Below are positions 10,768-23,415 of a stretch of 64,000 nt of DNA, in pieces. Position numbers and translations under genes: made by a program. Below the pieces are notes generated by a model. It was given only the letters and a program-made list of their open reading frames with translations. It had not been told where the DNA came from and searched no databases. How positions within the stretch are numbered: the first letter of the stretch is position 1; each line of letters begins with the position of its first letter. This stretch comes from Oikopleura dioica (lineage: Eukaryota; Animalia; Chordata), in NCBI GenBank assembly GCA_907165135.1, contig OU015568.1, forward strand, positions 3,410,001 to 3,474,000, in the 5' to 3' direction.

Positions 10768-13700
10768 TTATTGAGATCCGTTCCTGTCATTTTGGTAAAC
10801 TTTGGAAATGGGAGATAAATATCTTGAGAAAGAGTTTCTTTTCGTTTTGTATCTTTGCCGGATAATTTTTTGATTTTGCCGCATGTATTTGAGCCTCAAT
10901 TTGAACGCCTTGAAATTGATGTTATTTCTCGTAATAATGAATAGTTCTGAAGCTCACATCGACCATCGTCTTTGGCGAGCCACTTTTAGAATCCAAAAGG
11001 GTGTAACAAGCAACGATCCATTCCACGATCAGGAATAAAAAGCCAAGTATTAAGGATCCCCAGACGAGTAAAAACAATCCCTTCAGGTTGTCGAATGTCA
11101 ATTTGTTTGACTCAGTCACGGCGGTATTTGCTTCCTCGTCGTTTTGATTGCATTTTGGGGGAGTATCGAGTCCGTCTTGCTTGATCCACTTTTCGTAGAG
11201 CTGGTTGATCTCGAGGTTTTCTCGCATTCGGAGGACTCCGACTTGAATTCATTAAAAAAAACATGAACAAGAAGGGGTGCAGAGTCCAACGGGAAAATTA
11301 CCTGAAAAGAGATTCGTCAAATTAGAGTTCTTCTTGAATCCAAGTCCAAAGCCAAACTTCCCAACCAGTCTTCCTGAGAAGAAAGAGTCTTGACCTTTTC
11401 TCCTCCCTTCAAAATTTAATGAAAGACTCCTCCTTTCCTTGTGACAGACGTAAATCACACGGTTCATGGGTCGAAATAATGTGCTCGAGCAAAATATGAT
11501 CCATTAGCGCGGCGGAACATATAAATTTCTTAAAAGGAAAGCGTGTTTAAATTTCTCATGCGCGGTGCCTGAAATGAACGCGTAGTTTTCTTCCCGAGCT
11601 CGTTTTAACCCCTCTGATGTGTCTTCCACGGTCCAGCGATCAGCTTCTAAAGATCATAGTCAGAAATGGCTCCTTCCTCTCTTCCTTGATTCCAGCAAGG
11701 TCATTTGCGAAAGGCTTCCAGCGGTCTCTTCGTGGTCCTTTTTTGGTTATTTTGGACCTCATTTTTTGTTCAATGCTGAGCCAAAAAAGGTTCATTATTA
11801 AGCCTCAATGCGCATTTTGAAATGCTTTCGATTGTGACCTCTTTCGATATAATGTAAAATGTGGTATGTAATTGATTTGTTCCAAATACGGTTCTTATCC
11901 GTGGAAGGTTCTCTTTTCAGACAGTCATTTTTTTCGCAAAAATCGAGGTCAGATAGCGGTGTTTTTATGCAAATGTAAAGCCATGCCTAGCCTCAAAAAT
12001 AATCAAGTCTATTTGATACCCAAATTTTGACCTAATTATTCTTTGAGAGTGATTTTGGTTATATTTTTGAATAACATAAAAATATGACCTATATTTTCGA
12101 GCAAAGCATGATTTACTCAAAACAGAAGCCTTCCAGGTAAAGTTCTTCCCATGCACTCACCCTTGACGTCGTGGCATATGTTCCTCAGTATTTGATCAGT
12201 CGAGTGGCAGAAGTACCTTTCGGTGGCTGAATGCGCGACAAAACCATATCTAGTAGACCAGTATTATTTCGACAGCTTTATCAATAGGCCTACTTAAATC
12301 CACGGGATGATCGAGCGGCTCGGAGGTTCGCAAAAGTGTCTAATGGGACTTGTTGCTTTCGAACTGAAATAGACAATGCTTTTTCCTTTGAAGGAATCGA
12401 AGGAAACCTGTAAGAAATGTGACTAGATTGGCGGTGTAGCTAGCAACAATCGTTACTCCAGCAGCGTACCATAAAATCGCAGTTATTCGAGAGCTTAAAA
12501 AAGAGGCTGATTGACTGCAGTATTTTACTGTGAAAATGACCTATACAAAAAGGCGATCTTATTTGACGTCATTTGATTACCCAAATAAAGCTCCAAATTA
12601 GACTTTTTTCAGCTTAAATTCAAAAGGGTTCAATCTCACAAAAAAGAACATATTTACCCCAGGAGGGTAATATCGGCGAATATTCGAGAAGCCACGTCAA
12701 TTAAAATCAAGTTTATAGAAGAAAATGGGATATTCAATTTGCCATGAAAAATTCACGTTGGAGACAACGAGGAATACAGGAAATGAGGAGACGAAAAAAG
12801 GTCGTCATTTTTAATTGAAAAATATAATAACAAAGAATGGATAATTGACAGACGGACGATGAGCTACCTTGGCGCGCGGGGGACGGTCTCGGGGCTTTGC
12901 CAAAATAATCCAGCCCAACCCCAGAAAAGTGCGTTTGAAAGACTCATGGCTGCACGCGAATCTTGAAGATCCTTCGACGATAATCCGGACTCAGGAGGGT
13001 TCGCGCTAATTGCCCATATTTATTCCGCTCATATTTCCAACAATGTGAAAGATGGACTGGCTAAGACCCGGCCCTGAACTGCTGCTAAAATTCTATCGTC
13101 TGTATTCGTCGCTATTTGGTCGTGATGACGAGCCACTGGCTTGTAGAAATCCCTGTAAAAGCCGTACGGAGAAATCTGAACAGTTTTTATTCAATGAAAA
13201 GAGTTGTTAACTTACAAAATTGCTTATAAACATGAACATGGAGACCAAAATCACTGTGAAGAAAATATACAACCATAATCGGGTATCGAAGGGTTCCAAA
13301 AAGGCCCAGGTATTGAATGATTCTTGCTTCAATGTAACAAAACTGAAGCCAGTTTCTATCAATTGGGTCATTTTTCCATAAAAAAAATTTTTTTGATAAA
13401 AAGGAGATTTTTATGATTGCAAAAAATTGACCGTGACCTAAATATGCGACAGAGAAGTCCATCATTCTTGAAGTTTCGGAAGTGATTGGCACATCAGCTT
13501 TTGTTAAATAATTTTTAATAAGAGGGATGAGAAGATTTACGTTACCAAGCAATAAATCGGCGCGTCCTTGATTTAGCGTCTCCACTAGCGCTGGTAGCGT
13601 ATCGTTCCCATGAGTCTAGTAATTTACAGTAAACGAGGCGGTAATCGAGCCTTATTAGCGGTTAATGGAGTTGTCTTGCGTCCAAGTTGAACTGTGATCA

Positions 13701-14063
13701 AGTGTCTGCAGTTGGAATCAAGAGCCTTACGTTGTATTCGGGATCGTTACTGTCGACCCAATTTATTGAAAAGTTTTCCTTTCGCGCCAGGGACTTGATT
13801 AGCTCCACGCACATCCCTTCATAACTCTTCTCGCCGGTAGCGTCATCGATGGAAATATCGACGAAGGGTTCGTGATCGACGGTGATGATGCGGATTGTTT
13901 GGCCTCGTAATGATTCTCCATTTGCGTCCTGAAATATTGATTGAAGAAGTTTAGCTGGAATATTCCGGGATAAGAGCTTTTCGTTGGTTGTTAGAACTGA
14001 AAGTAACAAGTCTAATTTTAAAGAAAAAATCAGACCCAATTTAGAAATTAAAGGATTGAGCAA
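10768..14063 (-). CDS. Divergent ionotropic glutamate receptor-family subunit lacking the amino-terminal domain
   Basis: S1 (QTIRIITVDHEPFV...YEGMCVELIKSLA; GRADLLLADVPITSETSRMMDFS), post-M1 ISPYGFY, M2 loop (LSNALFWGWAGLFWQSPETVPRAP), M3 gate (LWYAAGVTIVASYTANLVTFLT), S2 (HEPCD...GKFGFGLGFKK; GVLRMRE...LYEKW), M4 (LTFDNLKGLFLLVWG). Last exon ends ...NGSQ* at 10768. Start not resolved. Confidence 0.9.
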
Positions 14064-14943
14064 AATTATTTTGAATCGATGTCAGACGAACAAGGAAAAT
14101 AAGAATTAATCTATTGGGTGACCTACAATGTCAGATGATTGCGTTTTATGCTCCGTCTTTTCTGTCCACGCATTCCCTTAATCAGACCGTTAAATGGCTC
14201 ATTCTCAGACTTGTTTTCCCTCTCGTTCAACAATAAAAGTGAAGACTTTTAGACAAGTTAACATGGTTAAGAATTAACAACTGACAAGGGCGAACCCTTC
14301 TTTTTTTAACTTGAACTTTTGCTACAATATTAACTTTTAATGAAAAAAAAACTAAAAGACATTTCTTTCAGATATTACAAGTGGCTAGTCACAGTGACAC
14401 CCTTAATTCGTAACGCACAGTCTCAGAGAGGGTAAGTAGATATGCTACAGGTAGCTACAGTGAAACCTTTTCGAAACAAGAACGAAAAAACAAGCCATTT
14501 AAAGAGTCCCGAGTCAAGTTTCATCCCACTTCTCTGTGCTCGATGCCTCAAACTCGGAAATACAGCATATAAAAAGAATATTATTTAAATATTCAAAAGA
14601 CGAATGTCATCGAGCTTTCTCATTTTTTCTCAATAAATTGACTTCTCGATTAAACTCGTCGATTTCATTTTTTGCCCCTTTTTCGATTTTTTTTTCTTTT
14701 GAATGAGTTCATTCATTTTCGCCTTGGATAATCCGCTTGTAAATTAGTGGCGAGTCGATCCGTCAATTATCCCCTTTTTTCAAGGAAATGCATAACACAT
14801 CGAAAAAGTACAATTAATCAGGATAACCACAAGGTTCAACAAGTTCAAGGCTCGATCTCGTGGATCAAATTACAAGACCGCATAAATGGTAGACAACCAT
14901 GTCTGCTAGACAAATTGCATCTAGCGATTTGCTTGTCTTTGAG

Positions 14944-15345
14944 TCAGGGTTTGAATTCATAATTCTTGAAGCCGTAATCTTGGCAAAATTCTGATGAATT
15001 TTTTGACAGTATTTTGGTCGACACTTTTGCTTGATTTTGTTCGCTGGCAAAAATTACATGAAGGTCAAATTTATGACAAACCATAATTATGAATAAATTG
15101 TGCGTTATATAATTTTTTATTTGTAGTTGATGATGATTACTGTTCATTTTCTTCTCAATACTTACACCGTTCTTCGAGAGTTGAGGATATCTCATATAAG
15201 AAGATATAATCATAAAATTCCAACTTACAAATGGCTTCATGAATTTTTCACGGTCTTCTTGGTAAAAAAGGTTCTCCTTCTTTGTCAACTCTTCATCTTG
15301 AGTTTCGTCATACCGTCAATTCTCTTTTTATCCGACGATTTCTGA
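14944..15345 (-). CDS. 3' exons of a small unidentified gene
   Basis: Open segments bounded by GTAAGT donors (ELTKKENLFYQEDREKFMKPF|, YPQLSKNG|) and a last exon ...EFCQDYGFKNYEFKP*. No family recognised and 5' end not resolved. Confidence 0.3.
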
Positions 15346-16048
15346 AACGAATAACGAAGTGGGATTAAAAGAATCGCCAAAGATTTGCGACATTGTTCGA
15401 TTCAAAAAAGATGACATATATCACGGCGCCGCGTAGCGGAGGGAGTAAATTTATGTATATATTCATATCCCGCATTGTTCTGAAAAGATAAACGCTTTGA
15501 ATTGAGAGCTGGTGGGATTTTGTTCAATCTCCATTTCTTTTGATTCTTCTTTGAAAAAAAAGAAGGCATATACTAGGGTAAAAAATGTCTGCTATATAAT
15601 TGAGCATTTAAATGGATTCCCCGGAGCTCTTAATTGTCTGCCTGTGATTTATTTATCGGACAAAAGTAGGTCTTCAAATTTAACTCACGAGACGGTATGT
15701 TCTAAGTGACTGCAACTTTACTTACCTTGTTTTTTTATCTTAAAAGCCATCAGCGATGGAAACATTGAGACCTGCCTAACCTTCAAGCATTTTCTAGCCG
15801 TAAAATTCTTAATAAATATCATCCGATTTAATTCACAATTTTACTGTTAATTTTTGAAAGGTCTGATCTTTTCAGGAGCTTGTGTTCTGAATCCAACTTT
15901 CATTAAAAATTCAACGATTTTTCTGTAGAGTGAGGGGATTCTAGGTTGAGCCACATGGCTATCGACACTTGATAGTTGGATGGAGCAGTATCGGTTTTTA
16001 TCACAGTAGCTTTTATCGGAGGATTTCTGATCGGGGATTGTTTATTGT

Positions 16049-17789
16049 TTATTGAAGGTAAGGAGTAATGATATCTTCAAGGAACCATTCGTCAGTGAAT
16101 GACATGTGGCCGTAGGGAGTTGTGAGGAAAACGAGTTTGTCGGCTTCGTCGAGGACTTTCAGACCGATCCAGTCTTCCTGTCTTATGGTCAATTTTTGTT
16201 AAAATCATAATGTTATGTTCAGCCGCTCCACACCCATGGCAGATAGTAATGACGCGCTTTTTTAAGGTGGCTGAAATTATTTCTCCCTCTTTTTCTTTAT
16301 AATGACGATTTTCAATAACCCTGAACATTATACATATTTGTGATCAGAAGAAAAATCTAGAAACTTGACCGTTTTAGTTTTTCAAAAATTACTTCCGGTT
16401 TCGATTCTAGAGCCGGAAATAGACGAAATTTTTACGGAATGAATGCATTTGACCTACCAAATTGAAGCTTAGAACATATCCAGTCATTATTTATATGAAT
16501 CGAGTCCAACCGCGGTTAAAAACCGCCGGTAAACGACCGGTAAGAATTGAAAATTTCTTTCTAAAGCATGCTTTTTTCAAAGTTTTACCGGTCAGTTTAA
16601 CCGCGGTTGGGACTGTTTCTTCTAATAAATTGCTGATGAGATGATTGAGAATCTTCTGCGCATCAATTTGATATGTAACACTTTACTCTTACTCCTGAAT
16701 TTCACCTACTTCCGGCTCTAGAGACAAAAAAGCGCGTAAATGGTTAGAAAGCTTTATCACTTTCCGCCAGAACTTGAAAGTGCATATTTTATTTTTCTCA
16801 AATAAATTATGGTTCTTATTTTTGCCATAAAATTTATTCCTTGACCGCTCCTTATAAATTGCTGATTCTCTAAGTGGCACAATATCTTCCGTCTTTCCCG
16901 AACCGTCAGCGTAGTACTCGAACCAGCTCGAATCCTTTGGCAAAACAGTCTTTTCTCGCTCAGCCTTTACCATCACAAATTTCTCGAGCTTGATCAAGTT
17001 TTCTTTGAAAGTCTCATTTTTCGCGATTCCTTCTCTGAAATAAGAAAATAAATACAGAATGTAGAAATGACTGTAGAATACCGAACATAATTGTTGACAG
17101 GCGCGATGAAAAGCGAGTTTCTTAGATGAAGGTCAAAGTTGATCGAGTCATGCCAGTACTGAGCCTGGACAAGATTTGCTTGGAAAAGGGATTTTTCGGG
17201 CATTATTTTCGCAACTTATTTTGATGAAAAAAAAACCCAAGCTTGGATGTTTGGCAAATAAGCAAGGTCCAAAAGATCTCTGAGGGTCTCGCAAACTTCC
17301 GGCAAAAATCCGTCAACATCGCAGCCAGGGAAGCCAAAAACTCCATGATGTTGGCCATGAATCGTCACCAAATTCTTCATGGGTGGTTCGGGACAAGTTT
17401 GGGCTACTCCTCTCAAGAACTGCGACCCCTGACTGAAACCAACGGCGTTATAGCAATCAGCAAGCTCTGGGTCGTTTTTGATGATGTTGCAGGCGTATTC
17501 GACTTGTTCCCAAATTGACATTCGGAATCCGTTGCTCGCATCTTCCGATCCGTTTTCGCCAATCATCAAGGAAAGAACGTACTGCCCGCCGTTGTTCGCA
17601 GCGATCATATTTTTTATACGAGTCATTCCTTAAACAATCTTCAATCTTTTTTAGGTTTTATACCAATTTACACATTGATAAGTATTTATACTGTTTCATA
17701 CCGCTGCTATCTGCTCGATCGCCCATGCCATGCCACATGACAGAAGGATAAGCATTTGCCACTGCGAGAAAAATACTGAACAGTTTCAT
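16049..17789 (-). CDS. PPT1: Palmitoyl-protein thioesterase 1
   Basis: Signal peptide MKLFSIFLAVANA, then PSVMWHGMGD, nucleophile elbow AVGFSQGSQFLRG, GQHHGVFGFPGC, LVQAQYWHD, Asp-equivalent region FVMVKAEREKTVLPKDSSWF. Last exon EDWIGLKVLDEADKLVFLTTPYGHMSFTDEWF...YLQ*, reached through a 673-nt GA-AG intron (16850-16178). Confidence 0.95.
16503..16615. mobile_element. Short degenerate inverted-repeat element (MITE remnant) in the long PPT1 intron
   Basis: Ends AGTCCAACCGCGGTTAAA / TTTAACCGCGGTTGGGACT are near reverse complements. Shares the AACCGCGGTT motif with the 45626-47111 element. No TSD found. Confidence 0.5.
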
Positions 17790-18124
17790 TTCGACCTGGT
17801 TTTCAAGTGGTATCGCCCGGGACATGACACGCTGTCTTGATTCCAGATGTAGTTTTCTCATGAAACACCCCTTTTTTGTTTTTAATATACTTATTTACTT
17901 AATTCCAAAACCTAAGTAAAATAATCAGTGCGTGAATATCTACAAAAAGATGCAGATAAACATCTTTTAGATGACAATCATGAATGATGACAATCTTAAG
18001 CACCTTGAAACGTAGATTTCATGGTCGCCAAAGTCGTAAAATCTCGGCGCAGTCATGAATAAGAACAGTGGCCAAAGCCAAAAATCGAAATCATTTTTAT
18101 AAATTCAAAAACGAGAAGTTTGAG

Positions 18125-19655
18125 ATGGGCATTTTGGGAATAATAGAGCCGGATCAATATTTGGCCCGATTTTCGAAAGAGAGCAAGCGCGATGAAAGCC
18201 TTCCCTACATCATGCACAAGCCAGATCGACTCTTGATCCATCTTCTCATCGCTGTTTATGCTCTTGCTTCGGCCGGAGCGGTGACAGTAGGATTGGATCT
18301 CTACAGAAAGAGTGGCCTTACATTCGTCAATCCAAAAGTCAACGGATCCAAAGTCTACGATACCGAGGAAGTTTCCGAGATGCTGGATTACTGCTGGTCG
18401 CATTTTAATCATATGGACGAAACTAGCGAGATCCATCAGTTGTGGCATTTTCGGTTGTTCCCGTACATGTTGGTCGTCGTAACGATAATGGTCTCAATCT
18501 CTCAGGAACGGTTTATTTGGCTTTTCGCTAAAAACATACCATGTCCGATCTTGAAAATTTTTCTATAAAACAAATTTCTTAAAACCCCGATAAGATCAGC
18601 TGGAGAGCAACAAACTTCGACGAAGCCATCCACGCATTGGACTACATCATCGACGGCTTGGAAGAATCCATCAAAGATGTCGTTCATCAAATGCAAGACG
18701 CGGTGAAAAACTCTCAAAAGTCAGCAACTGAAATCGATGGCTGCATTTCCCCGACGACAGAAATTTCCAGCGATGAGAATTCAGGGGCTTTTCTCGTCAA
18801 ATCCACGTCGAAAGACACCTTCGATTCTCAGTCTTCAAGGCCCTTCAAAGAAGACAAGCAAACTTACGGCTCGTTCAAAGGGAAACGAAACAGTGAAAGT
18901 AATTATGTCACCTTTGACAAAGCCTACAGACAAGCAGCTGAAGATAACGACTGGAAGTTCTCGAATTTCAACAAAATTCTCCGAAAATATCACGGCCGAA
19001 GTCGTTTCCGAACAAAATTCGCGCTTCTCCGAGGACTAACTTTCCTCCTTGTTTTCTTCGCCAATTTCTTCATTTACTACCAGCTAATTGCGCCAGCTAG
19101 AAATCCTTCGACAATCTTTTGCCCGATTCCGTCCGAATTTTATGATATCCATGGAGTAGAGCGGGAAAATTTTGAATTTTCGAATACAGAGACTCGAGTA
19201 TTGCTTGCTCTCGTGACCTTTTCCGTGAGCACAGCAGTTTTGGCTGGAGGAATCGTCATGTGGATGATGACACCTGCCTGGGATAATGGAGGAATCAAGC
19301 TTGTTGAGGTTCTGCCAGTCGTTACTGACGAAAAGGTACGCCTACCAACTTCAATTGAAATAACCCTCCTTAGATCAAAAGAATGCGACGCGGCCGATGG
19401 AACGATCTCATTTACCTCCTCTCCCTCGTCCATGTAAATCGTTTCCGATCCCTTCAACTTCGCCTGGCTTTCTACGTCCTCGCAGTTTCTGAGCAGCTTC
19501 CCCTAAAAGCTGATGATGACGAAGTTCTCTTTTCAGAACTCGAGTTGAGGAAGAAAAACTTCATCAAAGTTCTCATGGAACTGATGAACTGGCCGTCGGA
19601 AAAAGACGATGAAATTAGCGAAAAAATGTCTGCACTCGCAAATAATTTAAACTGA
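18125..19655 (+). CDS. Pannexin/innexin-family large-pore channel
   Basis: Colinear similarity with PANX1 as recalled: PDRL at TM1 start, EL1 DYCW, LWHFRLFPYMLV (cf. LWLHKFFPYILL), LDYIIDGLE, TM3 KFALLRGLTFLLV, EL2 IFCPI, TM4, IKLVEVLP, GRWNDLIYLL (cf. GYNDLSLY). Four TM segments and two introns. Confidence 0.85.
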
Positions 19656-19718
19656 TGCAAAAAACTCAAAATAAGAATAAACAATCGATAAATTTGTCAA
19701 AAATATGAGACATATTTA

Positions 19719-21177
19719 TTACAAATATTCAAGCATATTTTGATTTCGTCGTTCATTTCCCCTCATGCTTGCTTGAGTTGGACTTCGTGATCGGAAACAA
19801 GTCTTGATCTGAAAATTACTTTGTTCAGGTCAAAATCAGTGATACATTTACTCTTGTCAGAGCTGCAATAAGCTTGTTCCTGAATCCGTACCCGAGGAAC
19901 GAGTACAAAAGCGGGTTCAATACAGAGTTAGAGTATGCAAGGCTAGAATACTCTAAGTGAAAATGTGAGAATTGAAAGTTAGTTACCAAAATGTCAGATC
20001 TCTAATTTTGGCGCAAAAGTGATGTTCCGACAAATCCAGGCCACTTAGCCTGACAATGTGCCAAAAGTGAAACGGCAGCCAGCAGCAGACGAAGGAAATC
20101 ACTAGATTCGCGACTAAAACTGTCACTTTTCGTCGCGGAGGCATTCCCTTGAGCTTTGAGACTTTTTGCTTTCGGTGTTCGTCTTTGCGCAGTTGTTTAA
20201 GAATTCCAGCTACGTCTTTTGCTTTGGCGTCGGATTTGCCGAGTTTTTTCTGGGAGGAAGCCATGATGGAGAGGATGTTGGTGTAGCAGAAGATGACGAT
20301 GGCGAGTGGAATAACGAAGCCGACCGCTGTGATGATGTACATGTAGTTTCTGAATTGCTAGAAAAGAAAGTCACTCGGCACTTTCGAAGCCAGTTCCACC
20401 TTTGATCCGTTGCTGAGGCAGTGGCTTTCTAGCGCTCCATGGTCCCCATCAGCTTGGAACAAGCTAAACGGGTGCGAATGATGATGTCCAGTGACAACGA
20501 AAAACGTCGAGTTACCCCCTTAATTCCTCCTTTTATGAAAAAAATGGAATCTTTACCGATGTAAAAATGATGTGAATCCTCAAAATCCGAAGTTCCATTT
20601 AGACCAAGAGGGTTGACTTGGTTCATGATATCGGGAAAAGCAACGATGCAGCGGGCATTCTGATTGTCTTCCGGATCTCGGTAGGCGATGTCAGAGTACA
20701 TTACAAGCGGAGCGACAGTGAGAATGGATACGAGCCAGACGCCAGCGCAAATTGAGTTGGTTACTGTTTGCCTCCACTTGTAGGAAACTCGGCGACAGAC
20801 TGATAAGTATCGATCCACAGCTAGAAATTGATAAGACCAAAGAAATTATTTCTTTTGCTACCCATCAAAGTAAGAAGAAAAATCGACGAGAAAAAGTTCA
20901 AAAGTTTCATCGATTCCATAATCTTACACGCAATTCTGCCAAAAATCCATGTCCCGCGAAGCCTATTATCAGCTGCAAAGGGCAATGATATGAGCAACAG
21001 CGAATCCGCCACTGCCAAGTGCAGAACATACAATCCCGCTGGTGCTTTTAGCGACCCGTGGGTAAGGAGCAGGACTAGAATGACAAGCATGTTTGCTGAG
21101 AAACCGACGAGGAACATGACCAGATAGACGGAAGCGACGAATTTTTCGGTGAATGTGGGACGATTGACTTCGTTCAT
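19719..21177 (-). CDS. Class A peptide GPCR, somatostatin/opioid/galanin-receptor-like
   Basis: GFSANMLVI, LHLAVADSLLLISLPF, WIFGRIACK, NFFSSIFLLTLM..DRY, CWLPFH, NSVLNPLLYSFLGYGFR. Last exon ends ...MLEYL* at 19719. Confidence 0.9.
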
Positions 21178-21812
21178 GATGTTGGTTAGATAAGTTTTTT
21201 CATCTTCGATTGGTTATTGAGATTATAAGCCAAAACAATGGTCTAGTTGCTCTAAGGGGTTATTTTTAACCTGAACAAAAGGAGAGTTACTACAATTCGC
21301 CGGAGGAAGACAAAGACTTGTACTTTTATCCTGTAAAGTAACTAAATATCAAAATGAATTCTCGAAGACAATAATTAAATTTTACCAAAATAAGGGTTGA
21401 CCGTTTCATATTCTCTTTCAATATATGAGTGAAACTTGTCCGAAATCTCCTTATAATAATTTTTCATGGGAAAAGAAAAGCTAGTCTTTTATGCCCTTTT
21501 TCTTCGAAAGGAGCAACTGCTTTTGTTTGACAAAATTGCATGACTGTCAGATTAGGTTTTAATGTAAAATCACGAGTTGAGGTTTTAGCTGTGTTATTGA
21601 TGGATTTATGCTTGATGACTTCTGATGCTTATCCGATGATTATTTTTCTGGAACAAGAAATAATGTCCATCTAGAAAATGCAGTTTACGCCCGGGGCAAT
21701 GCCTCCACCATCTGAGGCTCCTCCTCTCCGCCTTTTTTGCATTGAGAGGAGCTCAAGGTGTAGGTGACATGAAATAACCTACCCGGACACAGCTGCTGGA
21801 AGATTTTGAGAA

Positions 21813-23415
21813 ATGAAGAATTACAAGGCAAGCGGTTCGTTTGAGGACAAGAAAAATCTTGGTGAAAGTTCGGGCAAATCAGTAACCATAAAAATGTAAG
21901 TTAGAACCTGTTTTTATTGTTTCACTACAACAAATAAGGGATAATCAATTTAAATTATCTTTAAACATTGCAGGAAACGGGTCGTTCACTAAAAACCCTG
22001 ATTCATGAATATACACTTAGTGCCGCTTTTTTGGATTTTCATAAGATGTATTTTAGAGATGAAGATATCCAACAAGTCGCAACAGACGAGCATCATGCCC
22101 GTCAAGCCGCGCAAATCACCGGTGCAACTCCGTATCACATCGCCAAACAGCCGAATAAGCAAACCGGTCAAGAAGTAACCCTATCAACTTCGAATTCGTT
22201 AGACGTCCTCCTTCGCCCAACCCCGTCACCCATGCTTGAAGAGGTCGAAGAAATCGAGGAAGAGACTGAGACGATTGATATCAAAACTCAACCACAAGAT
22301 CATGAAATATCATACATTCAGGTAAATATCCTTTCGTTTCAATTTCTCTTTAATTTCTTGAAAAGGCTCCATCGATCCAAAGAAATCAGCCTGCTTTTGT
22401 AAAAATGGCGGATGGAAAGATCCAGCAAGTTATGATGCAAAGTCCCCTTCAGGTAAAAGTCTCTGAGACCAGGATTTTGAAGCCTCACGGATCTCTAGAA
22501 ACAACGTCAGATCTTCATGGGTCCAAATGGTCAACTGTTCGAAATTCAATCTGCAGAGCCAAAACAACAACCTCAGCAACCGATTGTCCTTGTTTTGCCG
22601 AATTCAAAAAACGGCGAAACCCAAAAACTTATCCTTCCCCCAAACCTCCTCGGCAATTCCAATAATGGACAGCAAATCATCTACGTCATCAACAACAGCA
22701 ATGCGAACAGCAATGATTCTCAATCAAAAGCATCCGGGTCGAATATGGGAAGTACCAGTGGCTTTGCAAAGAGTAGTTCAAATGTGAACGTGATTGATTT
22801 GGCAGCAACGCGCGCTGGAATCAGGTCGACCGAAATCGACGTCAAGGAGGAGGATAAAATGGTCAAAGCCGATGTTCAAGGACATCATGCTTACCCTAGC
22901 CCATTTTCACAAGTAAGAAGAGACTGTTTTCAATTGATTAATTGTCCTCCTAGGTACCCGTGCAAGATCGCTCCCACCAGTGCAAATTCTGCCACAAGAG
23001 ATTCGCCCGATCTGACGAGTGCAAGCGCCACGAACGAATTCACACTGACACTCGACCCTTTGCTTGCACTTATTGTGACAGACGATTCACTAGAAAAGAC
23101 CACTTGCGGGTAGTATCACCCCTTATCTTCATCCTTTACCATTTTCAGACTCACACGCGCTGCCACACGAAGGAAAAACCCTATAAATGTCCAATCTGCG
23201 ATCGGAGCTTTGCGAGATCTGACGAGCGAATTCGCCACTTGAAAATTCACATCAAACGAGGCGAAACAACGATGGAAGAAGCAAAGAACAAAATCAGCCA
23301 AGCACTTAGAGACCAAACTCTTCAAAGAAAAACTCACATTATTTTCGAAGAAGTAAAAAGTCAAAGTAATATTGTGCCAATAGCAAATATTGATTTTATT
23401 CGAGAAGAAAAATAA
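21813..23415 (+). CDS. EGR: EGR/Krox-20-type C2H2 zinc-finger transcription factor
   Basis: Three fingers with recognition helices RSDECKRH, RKDHLRTH (split by a GT-AG intron) and RSDERIRH, preceded by VPVQDRSHQC (cf. EGR PPHERPYAC). Low-complexity Q/N/S-rich N-terminal part. Start approximate. Confidence 0.85.

Noticed and set aside
16178-16855. Long PPT1 intron as an old insertion-derived intron (GGTCAA/TTGACC ends, ATAAG direct repeat)
   Set aside because: A 6-bp inverted match and a 5-of-9 direct repeat are close to chance in AT-rich DNA, so this is not supportable without orthologues.
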